Source: Alphaproteobacteria bacterium
GTDB taxonomy: Bacteria; Pseudomonadota; Alphaproteobacteria; Bin95
Direction of reading: 5' to 3'
DNA length: 64,000 bases
NCBI GenBank assembly: GCA_964291285.2
Contig: OZ219785.1
Span: forward strand, 704,001-768,000
The position numbers and the translations under genes were made by a program. The notes beneath the pieces were generated by a model. The model was not told the origin of the DNA, ran no database searches, and saw only the letters and a program-made list of their open reading frames with translations. Below are positions 55,111 to 64,000 of this stretch, one piece after another (position 1 is the stretch's first letter; the number at the start of each line of letters is the position of its first letter).

Positions 55111-55816
55111 CGCGTGCACTTCATGCGCAACCTGCTCGCCCATGCCGGCAAGCAGGGCCGGCGCGTCGTCTCCGCCTTCGTCACCACCGCCTTCGCCCAG
55201 GAGGATGCAGACGGCGCCTCCGCCCAGTGGCGCCAGGTCGCCGACCAGCTCAGGCCCAGGGCGCCGAAGCTCGCCGCCATCATGGACGAGGCCGAGCACG
55301 ACGGTCTCGCCTGCATGACCTTCCCGGCCGCGCATCGCCCAAAGCTGCACTCGACAAACCCGCTCGAACGGCTCCACGGCGAGATCGAGCGGCGCACCAG
55401 CACCAACACCGTCGGCATCTTCCTCAACGAGGACGCCATCACCCGGCTGATCGGTGCCATCCTGCTCGAGCAGAACGATGAATGGGCCGTCCAGAGAGCC
55501 AGATACGTGACGCTGGAATCGATCGCTCCCGTGAGCGACAATGCAACCGTCAAGCTGCCCGCCGTGGCAGCCTGAGCCTAACGGCCCTTCCCGCCGGATA
55601 CCGCGACGGGCGCCAGGCTCTTACACCACGGCTCGGGACACGATCTAACCGGTCATCGTCCTGTCCTCTCCAGTCCATGTGAGTCCTCTCCTGGGTGGTC
55701 GATTGGGGGGTGCAGTTCGACCATCCCCGACGCCCGTTTTTTCCGCTTCGATGGCCGCACATGCGTCCGCGCCACCCTGATCGCGGGCGGGGTCCATCGA
55801 AGACGAGGAGACGGGA

Positions 55817-56041
55817 ATGACGGAGCACATCAGCTTCCTTGATACGCAGCAGGCGGCGCGGGTTCTGGGGCTGTCGGCGAAGACGCTGGCCCGCTACCGG
55901 GTCTCGGGCGAGGGGCCGGTGTTTCACCGGTTCGGCAACCGGATCCGGTATCGGCAGGACGACCTGGAAGGCTGGGCGGAGACGCGCCGGCGCGCGTCGA
56001 CCGTCGACGACGGCACCGTGCTTCCGGGGGCCACCCCGTGA
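55817..56041 (+). CDS. Excisionase-like HTH DNA-binding protein
   Basis: LDTQQAARVLGLSAKTLARYR..GEGPVF..FGNRIRY...DLEGW; RBS GAGGAG. Confidence 0.85.
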   Translation: MTEHISFLDTQQAARVLGLSAKTLARYRVSGEGPVFHRFGNRIRYRQDDLEGWAETRRRASTVDDGTVLPGATP

Positions 56042-56430
56042 GCGGCGGAGCGAGGACGGTGCCGGGGGCCTGCCTCCCCGGCTCGGGGGCCGGGGCAGGC
56101 TCTCCCCGATCCGGGGCCTGTGCGGCCCGCCCGGGGACCATGCTGCGCGGGCTCGCCGTGGCGTTCCTGGCGGCCGTAGCCCTGCTGGCGGGGCCGGAGG
56201 CAGCGCTGGCGACCACGGACACCACGTTCGGCACCCCGCTTGACACGGTGGAGAACATCGTCGGCGGCACCGGCGGGCAGCTTGCCGCGGCGCTTGCCGT
56301 GGGCGCGGCGCTGATCGGCTCGGTGCTGCGCTTCAATGCGATGCAGCTGATGGGCGCGGTGGGCGTCGGCATCGCCGCCGGGGCCGGCACGGGGATCGTG
56401 ACCGGCCTGGTCGGCACGGCGATCGTGTGA
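56038..56430 (+). CDS. traA: Conjugative pilin precursor (start may be 56140)
   Basis: signal peptide ending ALA, two hydrophobic helices, position before traL. Confidence 0.7.
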   Translation: MSGGARTVPGACLPGSGAGAGSPRSGACAARPGTMLRGLAVAFLAAVALLAGPEAALATTDTTFGTPLDTVENIVGGTGGQLAAALAVGAALIGSVLRFNAMQLMGAVGVGIAAGAGTGIVTGLVGTAIV

Positions 56431-56723
56431 TGAGCGAGACCCGCCGCCACACGATCCCGCGCCGGCTCGACGACCCGGAGCGGTGGCTGTTCTGGACCGT
56501 CGACGAGGCGGCGGCGCTGATGGGTCCGGCCCTGCTCGGGCTTGCGGCGAACCAGTTCGTGCCGGGCCTCGTTGCCGGCGTCGGCGGCTGGCTGCTGCTG
56601 AGGCGGGTCAAGCGCGGCGGCGGGGCGAACATCGCGCGCCATGCGCTCTACTGGTTCCTGCCGGGCTTCGTGCTGCGCCTCAAGGCCACGCCGCCGAGCC
56701 ATCTGCGGCGGTATGCCGGCTGA
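56430..56723 (+). CDS. traL: F-type T4SS protein TraL
   Basis: IPRRLDDPERWLFWTVDE, LYWFLP. Confidence 0.88.
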   Translation: MSETRRHTIPRRLDDPERWLFWTVDEAAALMGPALLGLAANQFVPGLVAGVGGWLLLRRVKRGGGANIARHALYWFLPGFVLRLKATPPSHLRRYAG

Positions 56724-57295
56724 TGCGGCGCGGCGAGATGGATACCGCCTTGCGCCGGGTGCGGGACATCAGGCTCGTGCTGGCGGGCCTGCTGGTGCTG
56801 TCGATGACGGCCAACCTGGCGCTGACGGCGGGCTTCGCCGGGCGGGAGACGGTGACCGTGCTGGTGCCGGCGACCGCTGGACCGGCCTGGGCGGTCGGCA
56901 GCGGCGGGGCCGGCATCGGCCGGGCCGGCGCGCGGTATCTGGAGGACATGGCGCGCACGGCGGCGGTGACGCTGCTGACGCTGACGCCGGAGAACGCGGG
57001 CCATGTGCGCCTCGCGGCGGCGCGGATGAGCCATGTCTCGGCGCGCGGCGCGATCGGCGCCTGGGTCGAGGCGGAGGCCGCCCGCATGGCCGGGCGCGAT
57101 CTGGCGAGCGCCTTCTACCCCATGGAGATCGAGGCCGACCCGGCGCGGCTCGCGGTCGAGGTCGCGGGCGAACTCGTGACCTGGATCGGGCGCGAGGAGG
57201 CTTCGCGCGAGACCCGGCGCTACCGGCTCGTGTTCCGCATCGACGCCGGGCGGATCGGGCTCCTGCGCTTCGAACAACTGGAGGACGGCACATGA
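56723..57295 (+). CDS. traE: F-type T4SS protein TraE
   Basis: TM, TVLVP, YLEDMA, LTPEN; gene order. Confidence 0.82.
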   Translation: MRRGEMDTALRRVRDIRLVLAGLLVLSMTANLALTAGFAGRETVTVLVPATAGPAWAVGSGGAGIGRAGARYLEDMARTAAVTLLTLTPENAGHVRLAAARMSHVSARGAIGAWVEAEAARMAGRDLASAFYPMEIEADPARLAVEVAGELVTWIGREEASRETRRYRLVFRIDAGRIGLLRFEQLEDGT

Positions 57296-58125
57296 CACGC
57301 TTCTCTCGCCGACGGCCCCTTGCGCCGCTGTTCGCCATCGTTCTTGCCTGCATGGGCGTCCTTGCGGCGCCGGCGCTGGCGATGCAGGTCCTCGACGCGG
57401 CGGACCATGCCGAACTCGCGGCGGAGATTTCCGCGACCGGCGTCAACCGCATTGCGCTCGCCGGCGACCGCATCGCGAAGGTGGTGCGGGCGCCGGACGG
57501 CTTCGCGGTCGAGCACGACGCCGCCTCGGGCGACCTCTACCTGCGGCTGGACGGTTCCGGGGACGGCGGCCGGGACGCGGAGACCAGCCTCTTCGTCGGC
57601 ACCGAGAAGGGCTTCACCTACCGGCTGACGCTGACGCTCGCGGACCGCGGCCCGGCGCAGATCCTGATCCGCAACGCCAGGGCCCCGGCGGCGGGCGGCG
57701 AAACTGCCGCGCCGGCGACGAAGTCCGATCCCCATGTCGCGGCGCTGGTGCGCCTGGTGCGCGCCGTCGCCCGCCGCGACCTGCTGCCGGGCTATGCGGT
57801 CCATGCGGGCGGAGGCTCTCTTTCTGCCGGCATCCGGATCATCGAGACCTGGCGGGGGACCGGGGCGGTCCGCCGTCCGCGCTACGCGGCGCTCGTCTTC
57901 GGGGTCGCACCTCCGGCATCCCCCGGATCGTGGTCCGGGGCAGGCGAGGATGCGGACGGGTCCGGGCTTGCGGGCCTCGCCGGGACCATCGGGAGCCTGT
58001 CCGGCATCGGTCCGACCGCGGACGGCGCCCGTCTTGCCGCGCTCTGGCTGGCGCCGCCGGACCCCTCGGGCGGGCGGCTCGGCGTGGCGGTGTTCCAGAC
58101 CGCCGGCGCGGGAGACCCGCGATGA
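57292..58125 (+). CDS. traK: F-type T4SS secretin-like TraK
   Basis: signal peptide, ISATGVNRI, GDLYL, FVGTEKGFTY. Confidence 0.8.
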   Translation: MTRFSRRRPLAPLFAIVLACMGVLAAPALAMQVLDAADHAELAAEISATGVNRIALAGDRIAKVVRAPDGFAVEHDAASGDLYLRLDGSGDGGRDAETSLFVGTEKGFTYRLTLTLADRGPAQILIRNARAPAAGGETAAPATKSDPHVAALVRLVRAVARRDLLPGYAVHAGGGSLSAGIRIIETWRGTGAVRRPRYAALVFGVAPPASPGSWSGAGEDADGSGLAGLAGTIGSLSGIGPTADGARLAALWLAPPDPSGGRLGVAVFQTAGAGDPR

Positions 58126-59450
58126 ACGCCCGCGCGAACAAGCGCCCCGCCGGCGATGCGAACGGCCCCGGCTCGTGGGCAGGCGCCGATGCGGTGCGGC
58201 GGCGCCAGCTGCTGCTGTTCTCGGTCATCGCGGCGGTCGTGCTGGCCGCGCTTGCCGCCTGGCTCGGCATGGGCGGCGGACCGTCGCCGGCGCCCCGGAG
58301 CGGCATCGAGGCGGAGATCGCCGGCCCGGACGCGGCCGAGAAAGTGTGGACCCGGCGCTCGGAGGCAAGGCTCACCAAGGTCGAGGACGCGCTCAGGCGG
58401 ATGGAGCGGGAGGCGCAAAAGCTCAGGACCGAGAACGAGAGGCTCCGGATGAAGCTGGAGGGCGACGCCGCCAACGCGCGCGAGGTCATCGACGCGCAGA
58501 AGGCGCAGATCGACGAGCTGGAGCGGCAGTTTCAGCCGGCCGTGCCGGGCGGGGCGCAGACCGGGACGCCGGCATCGGGCGAGTATTTCCGGGCGCAGGG
58601 CGGTGCTGCGTCCGGCGGGCAGCCGGCCGCGGCGCGGCCCATGATCGAGACCTTCGAGCTGGAGGGCGGGCCGCACTCGTCGGCGGCCGATTTGCGGATA
58701 CCCGGAACCGGCCCTGACCGGGGCAGGCCCCGCACCGGCCCTGAACTGGTGGCGGATGCGGTCGCGAAGCCGGTGTCGGCATGGCTGCCGGCGGGCGCCC
58801 ATGCCGGGGCGGTGGTGCTGGCGGGGGTCGACGCCTCGGCGGGGGTCGCCTCCCAGGGCGATCCGCGCCCGGTGCTCATGCGCATTACCGGGCCGGCCTG
58901 GACCGCGGCCGAGGACGGCGCCGCCCTCAGGGTGGATGTCGACGGCTGCACCGTCACCGGCGCGGCCCATGGCGACCTCTCCTCGGAGAAGGTCTATGTG
59001 CGGCTTCGCACCATGACCTGCGCCGCGCCGGGCACAGGGGACCGCCCCGGTGCGGTGATCGAGACCGACGTGGCGGGCTTCGTCGCGGGCTCGGGCAAGA
59101 CCGGGGTGCGCGGCCCCGTGGTGAGCCGCGAGGGGGCGCTGGTCGAGAAGGCGTTTCTCGCCGGCCTGGTCTCCGGCGCCGGCCAGGGCGTCAGCCAGGC
59201 GTTCCAGCCGCAGGCGGCGGCGACCGGCGCGGCGGCGGCCAACAGCGCGCTCGGCGACATCGGCCGGGCGGGCCTCGGCGCGGGCGCCGCGTCGGCGGGG
59301 AACAAGGTCGCCGACTACATGATCCGCCGCGCCGAGCAGTACCAGCCGGTGATCCAGCTCCAGGCCGGCACGAAGGTGACGCTGGTGTTCCTCGAGGGCG
59401 CCCGCATCGACGGCCGCGGCCCCGTCCTGACCGCGCAGAAAGGAGAATGA
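58122..59450 (+). CDS. traB: F-type T4SS TraB (VirB10-like)
   Basis: TM plus coiled coil, GDLSSEKVYVR, GKTGVRGPVVSR, YMIRRAEQYQPVI. Confidence 0.88.
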   Translation: MNARANKRPAGDANGPGSWAGADAVRRRQLLLFSVIAAVVLAALAAWLGMGGGPSPAPRSGIEAEIAGPDAAEKVWTRRSEARLTKVEDALRRMEREAQKLRTENERLRMKLEGDAANAREVIDAQKAQIDELERQFQPAVPGGAQTGTPASGEYFRAQGGAASGGQPAAARPMIETFELEGGPHSSAADLRIPGTGPDRGRPRTGPELVADAVAKPVSAWLPAGAHAGAVVLAGVDASAGVASQGDPRPVLMRITGPAWTAAEDGAALRVDVDGCTVTGAAHGDLSSEKVYVRLRTMTCAAPGTGDRPGAVIETDVAGFVAGSGKTGVRGPVVSREGALVEKAFLAGLVSGAGQGVSQAFQPQAAATGAAAANSALGDIGRAGLGAGAASAGNKVADYMIRRAEQYQPVIQLQAGTKVTLVFLEGARIDGRGPVLTAQKGE

Positions 59451-59451
59451 C

Positions 59452-60033
59452 ATGACGCTTTCCACGAGATATCCGCGCCGCATGGCGCTTCCGGCCGCCG
59501 CGCTGGCGGCGTTCCTGCTCGCCGGCTGTTCGTCGGGCCATGTCGGCGAGAGCTGGCAGTGCCCGCTGGCCGATACCGGCGCCTGCGACAGTGTCGCCGC
59601 CGTCGATCCGGCGGTGCCGGATGCCGGCGCGGACCGAAGCGTGGTTCTCACGGAGCCGCGGGTACGAAACACCCGGCCGCCGAACCCTGAGAACGAGGAG
59701 TCCTGCGATAGCGCCTGCGATGGCGGGTTCGATCCCTTCGCCTGGCTCGCGCGGCTGTTCTCCCCTGAAACCGCCGGCGGGGAGAAGGCCGCCGCGCCCG
59801 GCCCGGTCCGGCTTCTGCCGCCCGAGGACCCGGCGCCCCACGCCCTTGCGGCCGGAACGGATGCCGCGGAACTACGCACGGTCACCGAAGACTTGCGCGG
59901 CGGCGGGCTCCGCACGGACGAGGTGGTGGCGCGGATCTGGATTGCGCCCTTCGTCGACGACGACGGGGTCTACCGCGAGGCCAGCCATGTCCGGGTCGTG
60001 CTGGAGCCGGCCGGCTGGAGGCTCGGGCGGTGA
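59452..60033 (+). CDS. traV: F-type T4SS lipoprotein TraV
   Basis: lipobox LAGC, two further Cys, RIWIAPFVD. Confidence 0.85.
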   Translation: MTLSTRYPRRMALPAAALAAFLLAGCSSGHVGESWQCPLADTGACDSVAAVDPAVPDAGADRSVVLTEPRVRNTRPPNPENEESCDSACDGGFDPFAWLARLFSPETAGGEKAAAPGPVRLLPPEDPAPHALAAGTDAAELRTVTEDLRGGGLRTDEVVARIWIAPFVDDDGVYREASHVRVVLEPAGWRLGR

Positions 60034-62711
60034 AGCGGCTGCTGGAGCTGTTCGAGGGGCCGGAGGCGCCGGGTCCCTGGACGCCGCCGGAGATGCCGGC
60101 CGCGCTGCATGCGCTGCTGCCCTGGCGCGCCTGGGACGAATCGAGCGAGCTCTACGTCAACGCCGCGAGCGCCGGGTTCGTCATCGAGCTGCCGCCGTTT
60201 GCGGGGATCGACGCCGAGACCCTGGGCGCGCTGGCCGGCACGCTGGCCGATGCGGCGCCCGAGCGCTGCACCATCCAGGTGATCCACTGGGCGAGCCCGC
60301 GCTTCGGCGCGGCGAGCCGGGCCTGGGCGGAACCCCGGATCGCGGCAGGCGGCGATGCCGGCGGCGCGCTGGCGAGGATGGGGGCGCGGCGGTGCGGCCT
60401 GCTCGCTTCGGGCGGCTGGCGCCGGCTGCATGAAGGCGGCCCGCCCTTCACGCTCTCGGACTACCGGGTGTTCGTCACCGCCTGCCTCGCGGCCCGGCCC
60501 GGCCCGGCGGCGGAGACCGCGCTCGGCGCCTTTCGCCGGGCGCTGGAAGGCACGCTGGCGTCGGCGGGCGCGCAGACCCGCCGGCTGGAGCCGGATGCGC
60601 TGCTGTCGCTGGCGGCCGAGCTGATCGCGCCGGACATTGGCGGGCATCGCGACGGAGGGACCGGGCGCCCGCGGCGGCGCTGGTCGCCGCGCGATCCGCT
60701 GCACGAACAGTGCATTGCGCCGGGCCGGGCGCTCACGGTCCATCCGACCGGCCTCGCCTTCCACCATCCCGACGGAGAAGACGTGGCCGTGCGGGTTCTC
60801 TCCGCCATCGCCTTTCCCGAAGTGTGGCCGGGCTGGCGCGGCAGCGCGCTGATCGGCGACTTCCACCGCGACTTCCTCCAGCCGGGCTGTCCGGTGCTGA
60901 CCTGCCTCACGGTGATGACCGGCGACGAGGCGGCGGGCGAGAGGGCGCTGCTCAAGTCCGCCCGCGCGACCCAGCAGGCCGGCACCGGCATTGCGCGGTA
61001 TCTCCCCGGCCTGCCCGAGAAGGCGCGCGACTGGCAGGCGGTGACCGAGCGGCTGAAGGACGGCGAGAAGCTGGTCCGCGCCTGCTACATGGCGGCGGTC
61101 CATGCGCCGCTCGACGCCCTCGACGAGGCCGAGCAGGCGGTGCGCGCGATCTATCACGGCCAGGGCTGGCGGGTGAACGCCGAGCGCTACATGCAGCTCC
61201 CCTCCTGGCTGGCGTGTCTTCCCATGGCGTCCGCCGGCGGCCTCGATGCCGACCTCGACCGCATGGGCCGGATGAAGACGCTGCTGACCTCCTCGGCGGT
61301 CAATCTCGCGCCCCTGCACGGCGAGTGGCGGGGTCAGGCGCACGACCCCGACAACCCGCCGGCCCTCTTCCTGATCGGGCGAAGGGGCCAGCCGGCCTGC
61401 TGGTCGCCCTTCGCCAACGAGGCCGGCAACTACAACGTCGCGGTCACCGGCAAGTCCGGCTCGGGCAAGTCGGTGCTGATGCAGGAACTGGTGGCCGGCA
61501 TCGTCGGCGCCGGCGGCGAGGCGGTGGTGATCGACGACGGCAGGTCGTTCCAGCACACGGCGGAAGCTCTCGGCGGCGCCTTCATCGCCTTCGGCAAGGA
61601 CCCGGCCTGCCTCAACCCCTTCGCCATGATCGACGCCGGCACGGCCGGGCATGACGGCGACTACCGCGAGGAGTGCTTCGCCATGCTGGCCGGCGTCATC
61701 GGGCGCATGGCAAGGCGGCGGGGCTCGATCGACGACATCGAGGCGGCGCTGATCGCGGAAGCCGTCGCCGCGGCCTGGGACGAGGCCGGCAACGACGCCG
61801 ATCTCGGCACGGTCCGCAAGAACCTCAATGCCCGCGGCGACCGCCGGGCGGAGGACATGGCCACCGCGCTCGGGCCGTGGTGTCCGGGCGGCGCCATGGG
61901 CCGGCTGTTCGCGGGCTCGAACGTGCCGGACCTGGAGAACGCGCTCACGGTATTCGAGCTCGCCGAGCTCAAGGGCCGCGGCGACGTCCAGGCCGTCGTG
62001 CTGATGCTGGTGGTCTTCCTCGCCACCCAGCGCATGTATCACGGGCCGCGCACGCGGGCGAAGGCGATCGTCATCGACGAGGCCTGGGACCTGCTCTCCG
62101 GCGAGGACAGCCGCGCCTTCCTCGAAGGCGCCGCCCGCCGGGCGCGCAAATACCGGGGCGCGCTCGTCACCGGCACGCAGTCGGTCAACGACTACTACGC
62201 CAACCCGGCCGCACGGGCGGCGTGGGAGAACTCGGACTGGACGATCTTCCTCGCCCAGAAGGACGAGTCGGTCGAACTGCTGAAGTCGGAGAAGCGCATC
62301 CACTGCGATCCCGGCATGGAGCGGGCGCTCAAGAGCCTGACCACCGCCGAGGGCAGATACGCCGAGCTGGTGCTGCACGGCCCGGACGGCTGGCGGGTGG
62401 CGCGCCTGGTGCTCGATGCCTGGTCGGTGGCGCTGTTCTCCTCGCGCGGCCCCGCCTACGCGGCGGTCGAAGACCTCAAGGCGCAGGGGCTCACCACCGT
62501 CGAGGCGATCGACCGGCTCGCCGGGGGCGAAGCTCGTCTCGCTGACGCTCCCCTCGCCGGGGACGAAGCTCGTCTCGCTGACGCTCCCCTCGCAGGGGAC
62601 GTTCCCCTCGCGGGGGACGAAGCCGGTCTCCCGGCCTCCTCCACCGCCGGGGGCCGCCTCCCGGCCGCTGCCGGGCATTGCGAAACGACAGAAACAGGAG
62701 AAACCCCATGA
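60030..62711 (+). CDS. traC: F-type T4SS ATPase TraC (VirB4-like)
   Basis: NYNVAVTGKSGSGKS, IDDGRS, IDEAWDLL, RRARKY. Confidence 0.92.
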   Translation: MKRLLELFEGPEAPGPWTPPEMPAALHALLPWRAWDESSELYVNAASAGFVIELPPFAGIDAETLGALAGTLADAAPERCTIQVIHWASPRFGAASRAWAEPRIAAGGDAGGALARMGARRCGLLASGGWRRLHEGGPPFTLSDYRVFVTACLAARPGPAAETALGAFRRALEGTLASAGAQTRRLEPDALLSLAAELIAPDIGGHRDGGTGRPRRRWSPRDPLHEQCIAPGRALTVHPTGLAFHHPDGEDVAVRVLSAIAFPEVWPGWRGSALIGDFHRDFLQPGCPVLTCLTVMTGDEAAGERALLKSARATQQAGTGIARYLPGLPEKARDWQAVTERLKDGEKLVRACYMAAVHAPLDALDEAEQAVRAIYHGQGWRVNAERYMQLPSWLACLPMASAGGLDADLDRMGRMKTLLTSSAVNLAPLHGEWRGQAHDPDNPPALFLIGRRGQPACWSPFANEAGNYNVAVTGKSGSGKSVLMQELVAGIVGAGGEAVVIDDGRSFQHTAEALGGAFIAFGKDPACLNPFAMIDAGTAGHDGDYREECFAMLAGVIGRMARRRGSIDDIEAALIAEAVAAAWDEAGNDADLGTVRKNLNARGDRRAEDMATALGPWCPGGAMGRLFAGSNVPDLENALTVFELAELKGRGDVQAVVLMLVVFLATQRMYHGPRTRAKAIVIDEAWDLLSGEDSRAFLEGAARRARKYRGALVTGTQSVNDYYANPAARAAWENSDWTIFLAQKDESVELLKSEKRIHCDPGMERALKSLTTAEGRYAELVLHGPDGWRVARLVLDAWSVALFSSRGPAYAAVEDLKAQGLTTVEAIDRLAGGEARLADAPLAGDEARLADAPLAGDVPLAGDEAGLPASSTAGGRLPAAAGHCETTETGETP
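62529..62630. repeat. 36-bp in-frame tandem repeat in the traC tail
   Basis: GAAGCTCGTCTCGCTGACGCTCCCCTCGC(C/A)GGGGAC twice plus a partial copy. Confidence 0.85.
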
Positions 62712-63352
62712 CCCGGAAATCAACCCGCCCGCTCGCCTGGCCGGGCGACCCGGAAGACGTGACGGCGGAACGCATCGACTTCGAGGCGCTGGCCCATGTG
62801 CTGGCCAACACCTGCCGCCGGGGCGGCTGCACCCGGCGCTACCACTCGCTCGCCGCCCATGCGGTGGTGGTCAGCGAGGAGATCGCGGCGCTCGACGGGC
62901 TCGGCGGGGAGGACCGGCGCCGGCTCGCGCTGCATGCGCTGGTCGCGGACGCGCCGTCGGCCTGGCTCCGGGGCGGTGCGCCGGCATCGCAGCGCGCGGC
63001 GGAGCGCACAGGAAAGCTTGCTGCCGGGATCGAGACGGCGGTGCGCGAGGCGGCGGGCCTCGGTGCGGTGCTGGAGGAGGAACAGGCCGAGCTTCTGAGG
63101 TTCGTGACGCGCATGACGGCAGCCGCCGAGAGCCGCGATCTTCTGGATGAGCCGGCGGCGGGCGTCGCCTTCCCGCCGCTGAAGCGGCGCATCCGCAGCG
63201 TTCCGCCGGACAGGGCCGCCGAGGCCTGGATGGACCGCTTCCGGGCGCTGGCCGATCTAGAAGCGGGGCTGAACAAGGATGTTGCGGCGGCCCCCGCCTC
63301 GGGGACCGGGGCAGGCACCGGGCCGGGAGGCCGGGATGCCGACGAAGGCTGA
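62708..63352 (+). CDS. HD-superfamily (YfdR/YfbR-like) protein with degenerate HD motif
   Basis: IDFEALAHVLANTCRRGG...HSLAAHAVVVS; expected LLHDA reads LVADA. Confidence 0.65.
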   Translation: MTRKSTRPLAWPGDPEDVTAERIDFEALAHVLANTCRRGGCTRRYHSLAAHAVVVSEEIAALDGLGGEDRRRLALHALVADAPSAWLRGGAPASQRAAERTGKLAAGIETAVREAAGLGAVLEEEQAELLRFVTRMTAAAESRDLLDEPAAGVAFPPLKRRIRSVPPDRAAEAWMDRFRALADLEAGLNKDVAAAPASGTGAGTGPGGRDADEG

Positions 63353-63353
63353 C

Positions 63354-63743
63354 ATGGACCGCAGCGGGTCGAGCTGGCCGGTGATGGTGTCGGCGGTGCT
63401 GCTTTCGGGCGCGGTTGTGGCGGCGGTCGCGGCAGCGACGGTGCGGCTTGCCGCGCCCCAGGATGCGCCGGTCGCCAGCGTGCGGCTCGGCGAAATGACC
63501 GCCGCATACACCACCCGCGCGGCCGCCGAGGGCCAGACGACCGAGGACGTTCGCGCCTGGGGCGAGGCCCTTGAAGCCGCGCTCGATCATGTGGCCCGAC
63601 GCCGTGGCGTCGTGCTGCTGCCGGCCCGGGCGGTGGCCGCCGGGGCGCCGGACATGACCTGGCTCGTCGAGGCAATGCTTGAGGAACTGCTCGCACGCGG
63701 CGGACCGGAGCGGGGCGCACCGCCATCGGGAGACGGAGGGTGA
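63354..63743 (+). CDS. trbI: F-type TrbI
   Basis: N-terminal TM, VVLLPARAVAAGAPDMT; position after traC. Confidence 0.72.
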   Translation: MDRSGSSWPVMVSAVLLSGAVVAAVAAATVRLAAPQDAPVASVRLGEMTAAYTTRAAAEGQTTEDVRAWGEALEAALDHVARRRGVVLLPARAVAAGAPDMTWLVEAMLEELLARGGPERGAPPSGDGG

Positions 63744-64000
63744 CCGCGCGACATACGGTGCCCGCGTTGAAGACGGCGCCATCGAGCCGCGGCAGGATCG
63801 GCCTCGCTGCCATGGTCCTGGCGGCGGCGGCCTGGCTCGCCGCGGTCTCGCATGTGCATGTCAATGCGAGCTGGTCGGACCCGGCCTGGGGCTATGCCGC
63901 CCTCCCGCTGTTCGGCCGGGCGCCGGCGGTCGGCGACCGGGTGCTGTTCGAGCCGTCGGCGGGATCGAAAGTGCCGTATCTCAAGACGGTGCGCGGCGTG
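63740..64000 (+). CDS. S26 conjugative signal peptidase (TrhF-like), truncated by window end
   Basis: own translation: TM, VNASWSDP, GDRVLFEP, YLKTVRGV. Confidence 0.7.
   Translation, partial: MTARHTVPALKTAPSSRGRIGLAAMVLAAAAWLAAVSHVHVNASWSDPAWGYAALPLFGRAPAVGDRVLFEPSAGSKVPYLKTVRGV

Larger units (their letters stand above)
53139..55645 (+). pseudogene. 5'-truncated IS256-family element split by IS1182
   Basis: GVSTR, YLWLDAT, WQRCRV|HFMRN, HSTNPLERL; right end TACACCACGGCTCGGGACACGATC. Confidence 0.88.

Overview
High-GC alphaproteobacterial chromosome segment (lineage judged from gene order and rRNA operon; exact taxon not determinable by eye). 1-36.6 kb is mostly core genome: Rrf2-sufBCD, fabG-acpP-fabF-mltG-yicC-gmk, amidase, a GldAFG/DUF4340-type ABC system, regBA, cca, nudL, a MoxR-DUF58-BatA/DUF4159 cluster and catabolic genes. 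It is interrupted by one clean IS3-family element, REP-like hairpins and two orphan genes behind AT-rich promoters with LexA-like boxes. 36.6-42.2 kb is a complete rRNA operon (16S, tRNA-Ile, tRNA-Ala, 23S, 5S, tRNA-fMet); the 23S carries a ~146-nt heptamer-repeat intervening sequence in helix 45. From tRNA-fMet onward lies a probable integrative conjugative element. It begins with a nest of insertion sequences: an IS4 remnant, then an IS66 whose tnpC is split by an IS21 carrying zinc-finger and primase-like passengers and by an IS1595 carrying a whole type II restriction-modification system, then an IS256 remnant split by an IS1182. An F-type tra operon follows (xis-like HTH, traA-L-E-K-B-V-C, a degenerate HD-domain gene, trbI, S26 peptidase) and runs off the window. 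All product calls come from motif recognition by eye; no database searches were run.
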